Below are positions 27,962 to 43,200 of a stretch of DNA of 64,000 bases, one piece after another (positions within the stretch are counted from its first letter, which is position 1; each line of letters begins with the position of its first letter). The translations under genes were made by a program, and so were the position numbers. The notes below the pieces were generated by a model. It saw only the letters and a program-made list of their open reading frames with translations, made no database searches and had not been told where the DNA came from. This DNA is from Tubulanus polymorphus (Eukaryota; Animalia; Nemertea). The DNA lies in NCBI RefSeq assembly GCF_964204645.1, contig NC_134026.1:29422150-29486149 (forward strand). The letters are read 5' to 3'.

Positions 27962-28649
27962 AAGCAATTCAGTGTTCAAGAATCAAAGGAAATATCTTAA
28001 TACAGTACGAGCCGTCTGGAGGATACAGATAGAAATGTGGCCTTTTCACTTGTAAATTGTAGGGATAACTAATGTATGTTGATTGAACAAGTATTAATTG
28101 ATGTATTGAAATATCTAATACTTGAACACATATAAAATTGCGAGATGCTGTGAGATTTTCTTAAAATAAATATGTAAATAAACACATACGTATTTTAATC
28201 CACTCTCGGTATGTAAACTGATTAGAATTTAGAGAATCCTATAATTGTTTTATCAGTTTCCTGTAGAATACTCGTGTTAACTTTACTGTCAGTTTTTCCT
28301 CCCTATTAGATTGTCTATGGTGCTATAACCAAACCCTACTATGTACTTAGAAATCTCTCCGTCCATGTCAGAATGAACTGTATCGTACAATAACCATATA
28401 TTTTTACAAATGTTAGTGAATAAAGTAAATAAAACCTGTTTATATTCTACATCGTCTCATCTCGTTATCTTTGATGGTTGGTAGGATCAGAAACTATTAC
28501 GAATGAAAAGGATTTTTGAAGGAGAAAATTTGTTATTATTTTATTTATTACATTACGTAGTAATATATGCCATCATATATAGAAAACAATTATCGATTAT
28601 TAGCAATCATAAATACAGTAGTTCCTTTAGAAATAATTTCAACGATTCA

Positions 28650-31600
28650 TCAGTCGAACTGTAAATTAACGGGAGATATTCTATTGATAGGTGTTGTAGT
28701 TCTCTCAAAGCTCGACTGTTCACGTTCCGGAGGAAATGATCTCATATTCGCGATCTGACGTAATAACGCTTTACCTTCTTCCTTTGTCTAAAAAAAAACA
28801 ACACGAAATCAAAGATCGAAGCAGAGACCAGAGTCTGAACTATTAGATTGATTAGTAGAAGCAAAAACTCAGAATAATACAAGAACAACAGGTATATGGT
28901 TCTCGCGTTTTAGAGTATTTAACCCAGCATTAATTGAATAGGTAGACTAGAAGTATTCTCTGTTTCAATGCAGGTTGTTTTGTTTAATTCGATATAGATT
29001 AATAATTACCTGATAGAATTCAGTGCATTTAGTAGCAGCGACGTAAGCCTCATTTAATCTGTGATGTTTCAGGTGATAATTGGCGAGATATTGATAAGCC
29101 TGAGATAATTCCTCGATATTTGACTGCTACAATATCAAACATATCACACCTTGAAGACTACGTGTACTGTACATTTCTGAATTAACGAAGGACAAGTTTA
29201 CACCGAATACAAACCTGTGGTTGCTGGGATTCATTTATATATTCAGTATAAGCCACGGCTGCTTGTTCTTCTTCATTCAGTTTTGCGTATAATCTGCAGA
29301 AATAATTAGCGCGTCGCAGCATGTCCATGAAATAAAGGAATCGTCCATTGTTCATTATCATACTCACTTCGCTAACTTAATCAACGCCAATCCTTCCACG
29401 TCTCCGATATTGTGGGCTTTCCAGAAACACTTTTTAGCCTCTTGTAAACGATCTAATTTCTCGTAAGTTTCTCCTAAAGCGACAATCATTCTGGAATCGT
29501 TCGGCCTATAAAACAACAATTCCAGCACCGATATCAGTTATACGGAAGCGATAAGGGGCCTCGAGATGTCGCGTTCCAACTCGACAAGTCACCATATTTA
29601 TGTCGACATATCGCAATATATCGCGTCACGTCGACACGAATATGTCGATATATCGTGACGTAATCACGACAAATTTCGCTTTTTCGCCAATTTTCCACGG
29701 GACAAGCCGTCATTTGAAGACACGTCTAAATGTAAGACGAGGACGCCAGTAATATGACGACTGGGTTTCAAGTCGTCATGAATATGTCGACTTGTCGCGA
29801 AGAGAGTGGTCGAGAAAACGAAATATGTCGTCAAAACGTCACGATATGTCGACATATTCATGTCGACTTGACGCGATATATCGCGATATATCGACATAAA
29901 TATGACGACTTGTCGAGCTGGAACGCGACATCTCGAGGCCCCTTATCGCTTCTGTACAGTTATGCAAATAAAGACCAAAACGTAGGTATTTTAGATGAAA
30001 CTGTTCTTACCTTAATTGCTGAGCTTGTCTATAGTAATACATACAATAGAACGGCATTTTTAGAATTTCATAAGTTTGACCCAATCCATACCACGCCCTG
30101 TAGTCTCTCTTATTCACTTCTACAAAATAATCATTCAATTTCTCAACTAACTTTTAGAAAAATATGAATTTGTTAATATCGAGTCTTACCGATGGCTTGT
30201 CTATAAGCTTGTATAGCAGCTGAGGAATTCTTCATTTCCATGTATTCATGTCCCATCAATGTCCACGCTGACAAATAATGCGGGTTTAACTTCAAAGCTC
30301 TTTGGAAATACAAGACGGCTTTTTCATGCTGCGATCGCAAACTGTAATAATTGCCTTTAAAGAGATTTTAAAACCAGTAATAAATGACCTAGTACAGTAA
30401 GTAGATTACAGTAGAAATTGCCTTGAATTATTTGATGCTTCAGACAAAGTTTGAAATTGTCCTGCTCCAATTCATGTGATGATGACCAATCATCGCTCTG
30501 ACGGCCGCGGAATTCCCTCCTTGTCTCAGATTTTTGTACTCTATAGTCTGAAATCTAGTACGTAATTAGGTCTGGTTTACTGTATAAAAACTCACCTATA
30601 ACACAACAAGTTTCAACTCTATATTTGTCCACATCACAACAATGATGAGCTAATGTCGCTAATTCAGCCCTCATTTCCTTGAATCAAACAGAAATTAACA
30701 TTAAAATTTCATCTCCGGAGTTTATGAAATGTGATCGGTAATACATTTTACCTTGACGTAAAGTAAATTTGAGAAGATATCCATGTGTTCTAATCTGTAG
30801 GGATCAAGTTCTTGTATTTCAGTAAATGCTTCAACTGCCTGATCGACATCTATAAAGATAATTCACAGATTTCAATCAAACATCACTGATGATACAAAAA
30901 TCATGGGCCAATTGTACAGTCATGGGTTACATTTAAGACAAGTTTAAGACCATCTTACTTCTGTAGCCAATCTATAAGACAATTCTTAGGATTCAAGACC
31001 ACTAGTGGATGTCAAGACAGTAAAACTGAGTCCATGATCTGTTTATTCATTACCTCTGATATTATGGTAATGTACAGCTATCTGTGAACGTATATAGACA
31101 CTGTTTGAGAATCCGTGATCCAATAATTTCTGATAAAGCTGTAAAGCATCATCATTCAGTTGAAGTTCTAGATACATGTGACCGAGGAAAAATACTTTCA
31201 TCCAATGATCGGGAAGTTTCTGATTCATTAACTGAATAAAAATAATCCAAAATAATAATATTATTCTAAACTCGAAACATGAAAGCCTTTCAATAGATCA
31301 CGCATACAACTCACCATATCCTTATCTCTAATGAGTGTTGATAGCTCTAACCAAGCTCCCCAATGTAAGGGTTCACTATGAACTGCCTCTATCAACACAG
31401 AAAGTGCTTCTTTCTGTAAATCTAGTTTTTTCAATATCACTCCGTATCTACGAATAAATGATAACCTCAAATCATACACAATATTAACGAGAATCAGAAA
31501 ATTGATTTTGTTAGAAATTAGTTTCACGATCGGATATTGGTATAAGCCAATCCGATTATAGAAGCTTACTACTACTCACAAATATAATAAAAACCCATCC

Positions 31601-33536
31601 AATCCCTGATCTTTGTGATGTATTTGTAATTCAGTGCGCAACATACAAAGATGTTCATTATCGCCCTTATCAGCAGGTCCTAAATAAAATAAAACAAATC
31701 CATACATTAATTCATAAACAAAAGCAATCAATTGAGATTTTCTAATACAATACCTATTGTATCACTAGTTTCATCTAAACGTTTTTTCTCACCAGCCAAA
31801 TATCTAGAATACATTTGCAGGAAGAAAACCTTGTTATTTTTCGTGCAATTCTGCAGGAAAAATGCTGCTCTTTCATATTCCTTCAGATCAAAATAACTCT
31901 TAGCTAGAATATAATTATCATCGCATTCAACCAAATCCTACAGTGAGAGAAACAGAAAAACGTATTAGTTATTTCAGTACGTTAATTGCAGTATGTTAAT
32001 TAGGGATATAATTTAGTGGCTATGAGTGATTCAATCACCTGTGTTTGAAGTGACTTTAATTCTTCTGTGATGTCAACTTCATTTAGAGCGAATAATAATT
32101 CGGCCGACCTATAAAAAATAGAAAATGACTTTATGAAATAACTAGAAATATCATTTGGTGTAATAGGGGACAGATTTTAGTGTAATATAGCCGGTCCGAG
32201 CGAAAGTTTCGAATACGAATACGAATACGAATACGAATATTTATTACACTCCAACCATTTCCATGGTATATGGAGGAAAAGAAACAGTATTTACAATTAT
32301 TTACAAAAACAGTAGATAAAAGCACTTTGAAACATAACAAACGTTATTTACAACATACTATTTACACACACTACCGGAGGGATCTATATACATCCAGACC
32401 TAATTTGATAAATTTAGCAAGTTTAAAAGTTGGATTTTTTAAAACATCAAGATTCCGAAAGGTATTTGAATTTAGGTAGCTTTCACGGAATACGGTAAGT
32501 AATTTACAGTCAAAAATGAAATGTAGTTCGTCGCCTAAAACGTTACAGGTGGGGCATAATCTATCGGTTCTCGGTAGATGGAGATTTGACAATTTATTTA
32601 CAGGTAGGAGATAAGACCCAATCCTGAACTGGAATAAGCTGGTCACTAAGTCGTCATCAAGCCGATTTATATAGTTTTCAAATTTGATATCCTTCTTATA
32701 TTGTCTAAAATTAATGTATAACGGGTTATTATTTAGCCTAAATTCTGTCTCTTGCACATGCTGATCACGGAGTAAACGGTGTAATTGTTTTGGAGAAGTC
32801 CTAGAGTTTACCATAGATTGTTGTGTCCATATATACGAAAGGCCACAGTCATCAAAAGTCTTCTTAATAAATAACAGCCAGGGGCTCTTAAACCTATCAT
32901 TCAGATATAAATTATAAGATATCTTATAGAGAATTGAACTAAGTTTACTTTGTTTGCACTCTATCGTTTTGACCCAAAAATTAATCATTCTACGCTTTAC
33001 GCTTATATACATAGGACAACGTCCTAACTCCGCTAATACTTGAAGGTTATGGGAATATTTTGTAACTTTCATGATAATTTTACAAAATAAACAGTGGAGG
33101 TTTTCTAATAAGTCAAGGTTTTCATATCCCCAGATTTCGCAACCGTACAACGCGATAGGAGCGACGCACATGTCAAATAGTTTAAACATTACATCTACTG
33201 GAAGTTTCAAACGTCTGCCCTTTTGAATAATAGAATACATAGCTTTCATAGCTTTATCATAGAGAAATTTTTTTGCTTTAGCGAAACTACCGTTCCAATT
33301 GAATTTCAGTTTCAATACCAGCAAGTGCTGCCACCTCTAGTAGACCTGTAGTAAATCTACATTCCCTGGTAATTTCGGCTGTCTAATTTATATGATTGTA
33401 AAAATACAAACGAAATAGATATGGAAAATATGTACCATTTTGAACTATGGAGTAAACCTCGAGCAGAACATATCCTATTAGCGTCAAATAGTTCTTTTTT
33501 AATTGTTTTCAGATTCCAACTCGAAATAGCCGCCAT
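28650..33536 (-). CDS. CDC23: Anaphase-promoting complex subunit 8 (CDC23), multi-exon TPR protein
   Basis: [116 protein letters not shown] at 33536, TGA at 28652-28650. Confidence 0.97.
29541..29956. mobile_element. Non-autonomous DNA transposon (IS3EU-like MITE), copy 1, in a CDC23 intron
   Basis: Long TIRs starting TACGGAAGCGATAAGGGGCCTCGAGATGTCGCG and a 6-bp direct repeat CAGTTA on both sides (29535-29540, 29957-29962). Confidence 0.9.
30903..31037. mobile_element. Short palindromic MITE in a CDC23 intron
   Basis: Imperfect inverted termini catgggccaattgtacagtc ... gacagtaaaactgagtccatg. Confidence 0.45.
32210..33307 (-). mobile_element. 5'-truncated non-LTR retrotransposon (LINE ORF2 C-terminal part, ORF 32371-33324) in CDC23 intron 1
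   Basis: Post-RT thumb motif KAMKAMY...[18 protein letters not shown] and C-terminal CCHC knuckle [19 protein letters not shown]. The 3' end is AATAAA+(TATTCG)5. Candidate TSD AGTTTC at 32205-32210 and 33308-33313. Confidence 0.9.
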
Positions 33537-34097
33537 GTTTTTACTGTCGCATAATTTTTCAATAAAGGTAATTTTTGAATGTTCTGAATTTCACGAAATT
33601 TCATATAGAAACTTATGGAATACCTTAAAAACTAATGAATAATTGTTTTGTTATATTTAATTGGAAAATATTTGCTATATTTAGGATAAATAATAATTGA
33701 AGAAAGTGGAGGCACTGCAAATCGTCGCAACGTAGTCATACAGCAATCTGTAAAATTCACCAAAAAGTAAATATTTGGCATTAAATACGTGCTTTTTTGT
33801 TTTTAAAACTGTTTCAAATTGTGTGCATCAATTTATTGTTTATCACAATACCAGCAATTCTATATGCCAGTCTGTTATTGAAGCTGATAAATAGTCATTT
33901 TAGAAAAAAAATATGTTTCCTCACTTGCCAGGGCAACAATCTGGCTACACAATACAATAGAACTTTATTGAACTCTATAATTTTTACAATAAAAACATTC
34001 GAGTAAAAATCAATAAAGTACAGACAGGTGAAAGTTACATGAGATTCATAATTACACGATATCAATGTCTGTTACTTAAATGATAGATTGACTGCTG
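33537..34097. promoter_or_regulatory. Putative bidirectional promoter/5'UTR region for CDC23 and NDOR1
   Basis: Divergent start codons only 561 bp apart. Confidence 0.6.
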
Positions 34098-37005
<2,908 letters not shown>

Positions 37006-37010
37006 TGAGA

Positions 37011-37024
37011 AATAAACGTTTATT
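37011..37024. terminator. Back-to-back poly(A) signals (AATAAA on + at 37011-37016; AATAAA on - at 37024-37019)
   Basis: Perfect palindrome AATAAACGTTTATT between the convergent NDOR1 and NUP155 genes. Confidence 0.5.
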
Positions 37025-37257
37025 CTAGTCCAGTTCTATTGCTGTCTTCATTAGCTGATAAAAATCCTCTCCAAGAGTAATACACAAACTTACAAAACGA
37101 TACGTAATTTCGACAGAAAAGAATTTATTTTCATACAAAATGATTATTTTAAGTAAGTATAAACATGATACATGTATAAACATTAGAATAAAGTATCTCA
37201 AAAACCACGCTTTGAAATTACGCAAAATTTTCCCTATTGAACAAAAGATTTTTAGTG

Positions 37258-40200
37258 TTAAATGAGTCTATCAAGTTTGGCTTGTAATCCTTTGAAATCA
37301 CGGATAAGCTGATTGACAGGGATATCTATGCTGCTAGTTGATTGAAGTTCGACCAAATATCCGGCAAGTGCATCCAAACAAACAGTAGTAAACTGACGTC
37401 TGTAAAAACAACAAAATCAATTTAACATCAAAAAGTTACACAAGTTCATTAGTCTGTACTGGGTAGGTATCAATATGCCATTGAAAGGAGTGTGCTGATA
37501 AAATGTCTAATATCTGGTGTTTGTACGAGTATTTGTTTCAATTAAAAACTTAAGAACCGAATATCTGAAAAGGTAGGGTCCAGCTTGCATTAAATAAGGT
37601 TATGTTTACCTCTCATAAACTGGTACTAGAGCTGGAGTATCTGTGAATGCTAGAATCAGTTGATGAACAGCAGATAATAAATGTAATGGTTTTTTACTGG
37701 TTACCCAGAATGGATCCTGTAAGAAATGAAACACATTTTTACCGGGATGATTCAATAATTAAATACTGAAAACAAAACCTTATCACGCAGAGAGTGAATA
37801 ATCTTACCTTTGATTTGATCAGTCTATCATAAATTTCCAATAGAGTAGTTATTTTCACTCCGCAATCGATTAGAATAGTGAAAACCCATTTAGAGTCGAA
37901 ACCTAACTGACAACTTCTCTTTTCTAAATACTGTATTAGAAATGCTGAAACGATCGATTAAAGTTTTTAATACACTGTTTAACTTGATACAGGCTTACGA
38001 TTTGTGGAATGTTTATACAGTAACACGTACCAACAGGGAAATATCTCTCAGTAGCCGAGTAACTTCTGCCCAATGATACAATCTTATTACTCAATATTGT
38101 CATCGCTGTTTGAGATGGAATGTTAGCAGTCGTATTCAATTCTGTAAAATCCATAAATCATGACTTCAATCTCATATTTACACAACCAAAGATTGAGGCG
38201 AAGACAAATATGTGGTGTTATGGTCAGTTGCCCGAGACAAGTTGTTGTTTACTTTCTCACCATAAGAGGAACAGAAGTTATTACCTTTTTCAATGATATC
38301 CTGCCAAAGCGATTCAACCAAACTAGGGTCATAATGACTAGCGCAGTGGATGATAGCTAGTTTACTTTCTGCGATATCGAACCTTTCAGCGAAATCGCCG
38401 TATAACTGAAATTCAACCAGATGAATGAATGAATTCATTTTTACTGTGAATATTATGAGTTGATTCCACGTTATACTCACAGTAGTTATATCTAGCAGTT
38501 CAGAGTTCAATCGACTGATAGCCTCCTCGAGTTGTGGTACGGTTGCTGGTAGTCTTTGTAAAGTTTCGAGCATCTGTATTTGGAGTCTTGCGACGTCCAT
38601 TTTCTCCTCGAGTTCGTGGAGGAATTCGCCGTCTGCTCCAGAAACTCCTCGTATTGTGGAACTTTTAGCGCACATGATCGCTCGTGATAAATATTCAATA
38701 CGCTGCTGTAATGTCACATCAGTTCTACAATATGATTAATACATTACTAACTTACAAAAATCATACAAGAGACACTTGAGAATTAAAGCTTTCTATTATA
38801 TATGTACGAAACCTCGTTTCATCACAAACCGAGAATTTCATCCCAAATTTGACAATTTTAATAAGTTGATACTGGATATAACGAACTAGCCGCTATAATG
38901 AACATATTTTCTAGTCACCTGACCCAGTTCCACAGTTGTAAGTTAAAAGTTGACTCAGATTTAACTTGTTGAAAATGAACTAATTTCAACTCGGTTAACC
39001 CTAGCTCAGAACTGTGGAAGTGGATCCTGAAGTTCGTTGAAGTTCGAGTCTATAAAAGTTACAATAGACTCCGCTTGTCTCATAATTCACATGACTAATG
39101 AATTTTTTCCCCAAGACAGCAAGCGAATTCTGGAGTAGGTGGACCAACCATAATTCATCATCGCATGAAGGGAAAAAAAACCTTTAAGATTTTGTGATAA
39201 TCCTAAGGCAATTGACTCGCAAGGCAAACGCAAGTGAATTAACAAGAGACAATGAATATAAAGTTCACATACTGTTGTCTGTCTGCTAGTTTAGCTTGAA
39301 TCTTTGCCGCGGCTTGATAATTCTTGGTTTTCTCATAGTATTTCCACAACAGGTCCAACATTTCAGTCTCCTGCGCATTATGCTCAGTGGGTGCTTTCTT
39401 CAAAAATGCTTCAAGGAACGGCGATTGTATCTAGAAAACGAAAGTGCATAGGTAATGTAAATTGACACTATTAAACTCCATCAGTTTCATTCAGCGTATT
39501 TCAAACTACAATTGCACCTCTAAAAGTTTTTCATATAATTTCTGTTCGAGCAACCATTCATAGAGCGCTACATGGAAGAGTTGATCATCAGACCTTAAAG
39601 CCAGTTGAAACATTGACTCGCTCTGTAACAGAAAAGGTAAAATAGCCATTTAATCGATTGGGTAAAATACTAAAGAGAAAAAAGAGGAACGATACTCACA
39701 TACTGTTCAGCTTCATTGCTAGTTAATCTATCAGTATCCACAGCAGGAGGGGGTCCAGGTGTTCTAGGAACACTAGGTGATTGCGGATGTAGCATACTAG
39801 TCGATAACAAGCCTCCCAGCGTATCAGTTATACATTTATAAGCTTGATTTCTGCAATATTAATCATATCAAAATTTCTAAAAGAACCACAGGTGATCAGT
39901 ATGATCCGCATGCCTATTGAACTATCACAGCCACTTACCTTTTAAAGAATGCTTCCATTCCTGGATAATCGACTGTTAATGCACCACCGCACGAATAGTA
40001 ATGCAACGCTAACTGTTGAGGGTCACATTTATTGGCGACGCATAAACTCAAATCAACGATTCCCTCGTAGAAATGAACGAACGCAAAGTAATTACAAACA
40101 GACGGCAAATTAACACTGATAGCTATATTCTTATATAACTGAAAAGAAAACAATTCGAAAAACATGTGAAAACAATGAAAACGAATGAATTTAGAATAGT

Positions 40201-43200
40201 CAGCAGTTGAACAGTTTTAGCACAATTTGTTTAATCCTGATGTTTTAAACCAAAGTGTCAAATTTCAACCAAGAATTGCAAAATTGGATCTTGGATATTT
40301 AACTCACCGCTAAAGCCTCTCTAAGAATTGCTTCTCTTTCATTTGGATTTTGAATTGTTTTTACAGTCTGAAGCATTTCGTTTGCCTTGAAATATAAACA
40401 TAATTCGTTAGACAGTTGAAAGTTGTGTATGCTGTGCTTAAAGACGATCATTATTTATGTCATCATACCTTAGAACAAATAGCGTCCTCAGTGCTGTACA
40501 GAGTTGGACAAACTTCACGTAGTCTGCCACTGATAGCATCAACTGAAGCATTATCATTCAGATAATTGCGGATAATACTCGATACTAGTTCCTGACACAG
40601 CTAGTAATCAAAACAAAAAACAAAATCGTCAAACTTTTCGCCTCATGAAAAAAGAAGAGATTCAAATCATAACGTCAACTTACCTCTTTTCCAACAAGAC
40701 AAAACTGTCTGAATGTCATGGATTTTATGGTGTTTGTATTACGCTAGAAAACAACAAACAATCAATAAAATTGTTTTAACACGCATTATTGTAAAATATT
40801 CAGATACGCATGTGTACCAACCTCATCAAGCATAGCTATAACTGTATGGAACTGATGATCGCAGATTATCTTCCATAATCCAAGAGCCTCATAAGTCCTA
40901 TTAATCAACACTAGTATCTGTTGAAGGGAGGTTTTCTCATGAGTTTGAGCTTCAGCTGAAATAAAATAACAAACTGATATTACTTCTCAATAGTTTTTAA
41001 AATGTGAAGAATGAAGATGAACTACCGGTATATATACATTACCTTGTTGTTTCCTATACTGATCATCCATTTGACCCACAAGTCGACTTTGTTGAAAACT
41101 GGTCGTTCTACAATAATTGGAAGCATTAGATTCTCCTGATGCTTCTAAATATGCTATATAAAGTCCAGGATCCAGTTCCACAGTCGTGAGTTAGAGTTAA
41201 CTCTGAGTTAAAGTTAGTTCATTTTCAATGAGTAAACTCAGAGTCAAATCTTAACTCACAACTGTGGAACTGGACCCAAATTGCTTACTTACCCATCAGC
41301 GAGGCCTTGAGCGGAGAAATGAGTATTTGATTCGATAAAATCTTTCAAACCTTCCAAATGTTTAAGGAACCAACTAAGTTCTTCACTACTAAAGCGACTG
41401 CTTAGCTGTAAACAGCAACGAACAATTCATCTTACACAAAATAGATTAAATTTCAAAAATTCTAAATGAAGAATCATTCTTACAAATTCCTTTCCTCCGC
41501 AATTCAATGGCTTGTCGGACACAATTCTCATTTCCCAAATTGGCCTTAAAGTTAACACAAATCGAGTTTAAGTCATAAACATTCTCACAATAACATAATA
41601 CTCACATAACAAATAGTCAATTTACCTTAGAATACGAGATAGGTATAAACATATGCCATTATGTTTGCCCGAGAATTTGATATCCAGAGTGAAGTTTGGA
41701 CCAGTCGACGAACCAAACTGTGATTTCTGAGCGAACACTGTGTTAGGAGTGGACATCTGGATCGGTTGCGAGCCTAAAAATATCATTTCGATAATATATT
41801 TCAATGAACAAAGATTTTGAGCGATGGAACACCACGGTGGGTGATAGAAGAGTAAAGTCTTACCATGAGCAGGTGTTGCAAACGGAATTGTTTGAGACAT
41901 CGGTGAACTAGGCTGAAATCCTGAAGTACGCGATGCTGAAATTAACAACTTTAAGGTTAGTTTCAGGTTTGTTTTTTAAGCATCCGAACTGAAATCAAGA
42001 ATACCAACAAAATCGTACCAACAGCCGGAGATTGCGGGAAACCCGGTCCGATATTTCCAGTTTGTGACGGAGCGGATGAGAGGTAATTATACGTGGATTC
42101 TCCGCCGTACAAGAAGAAAGCTCTCGTCGCCCATTCAACTATGTGTTGATTCGACGGAGATCGGGAACAACAAAGAATCAAACACGTAGCACACGCTTGC
42201 TCTTCTTTATGCAGCTGAAAGAACGCTTTCACTTCCTCATTATCCGCGCCTTGATTTCTAATGAGAAGTTGTTGTAATTGATTCACCGGTAAATATTTAT
42301 CCATTAAATGCGATCCCTAAAATCAACAGACAGTTTATATCAATAATAGAATAACCACACTGAACTGTGAAGAATAGAAAATATACATTTAAAACCCACT
42401 ATATATGAATTTACAAGATTCTGAAAATAGTACCTGGGTCCAAAATATTGTCTTTTAACTTTTGATAAATGAATCATGTTATCAATCTTTTAAGTTTATG
42501 CGTATAAACCGGGGTTGTGGGTTATATATCATCACATCCATCGGATAATAGACTGATGATGATATAATGGCGTACCTTAGAACTAAGAAGAACAAATCTT
42601 CTGATTGGTTGGATATGTTGACTAACCACGATTGGTGGGTCACATTTTCCCGGCGTTTTAAAAGAGTCATCAGCTTCGAATCTCGGTAAACGAACTGGTA
42701 TTTCTGATAGAACCCACGTCCGTCCATCAACTGGAGTCATCGTCTAAAATAAACACATCAATCATTAGTGATTCAATATTTCCCATAAAAAACCGTCAGT
42801 AAGTTTGACTGTATCATTGAGAGACACCCACAATATCAATTTAAACATTCTGTTATTGTTTATTTTTGTTATTTTTCATATAAACTCCAGAGATGGGTGA
42901 AATAATTCCATCCTACGTAAGAACAAAAGCAATATAGGTAATAGTTATTTGAATTGATATTGTGGGTTTCTCAATGATATTCACGAAGATTGGAAATAGT
43001 CTTAATCATTTACATTGATTTAGAGACTTTACCTGTGTTTCCATGAGTTGCTGTTGAAAAGGGAAAGTATCGGCGCCGAGAGTCCACAATACATCACTAT
43101 CTACTTCTTTCCGAGAGGATGATAGAACTAAAGTACCTGCAAGATATAAACCTCATTAGTCAGATAAATTTATCCTGAATTTCATCTAAGATACAATCAT

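Noticed and set aside
29664-30167. ORFs 29664-29897, 29754-30167 and 51293-51478
   Set aside because: They arise from the stop-poor palindromic MITE sequence and show no transposase motifs.
32371-33324. The 317-aa ORF as a nested host gene
   Set aside because: It is a 5'-truncated LINE ORF2 fragment lacking a real ATG, the RT core and the endonuclease.
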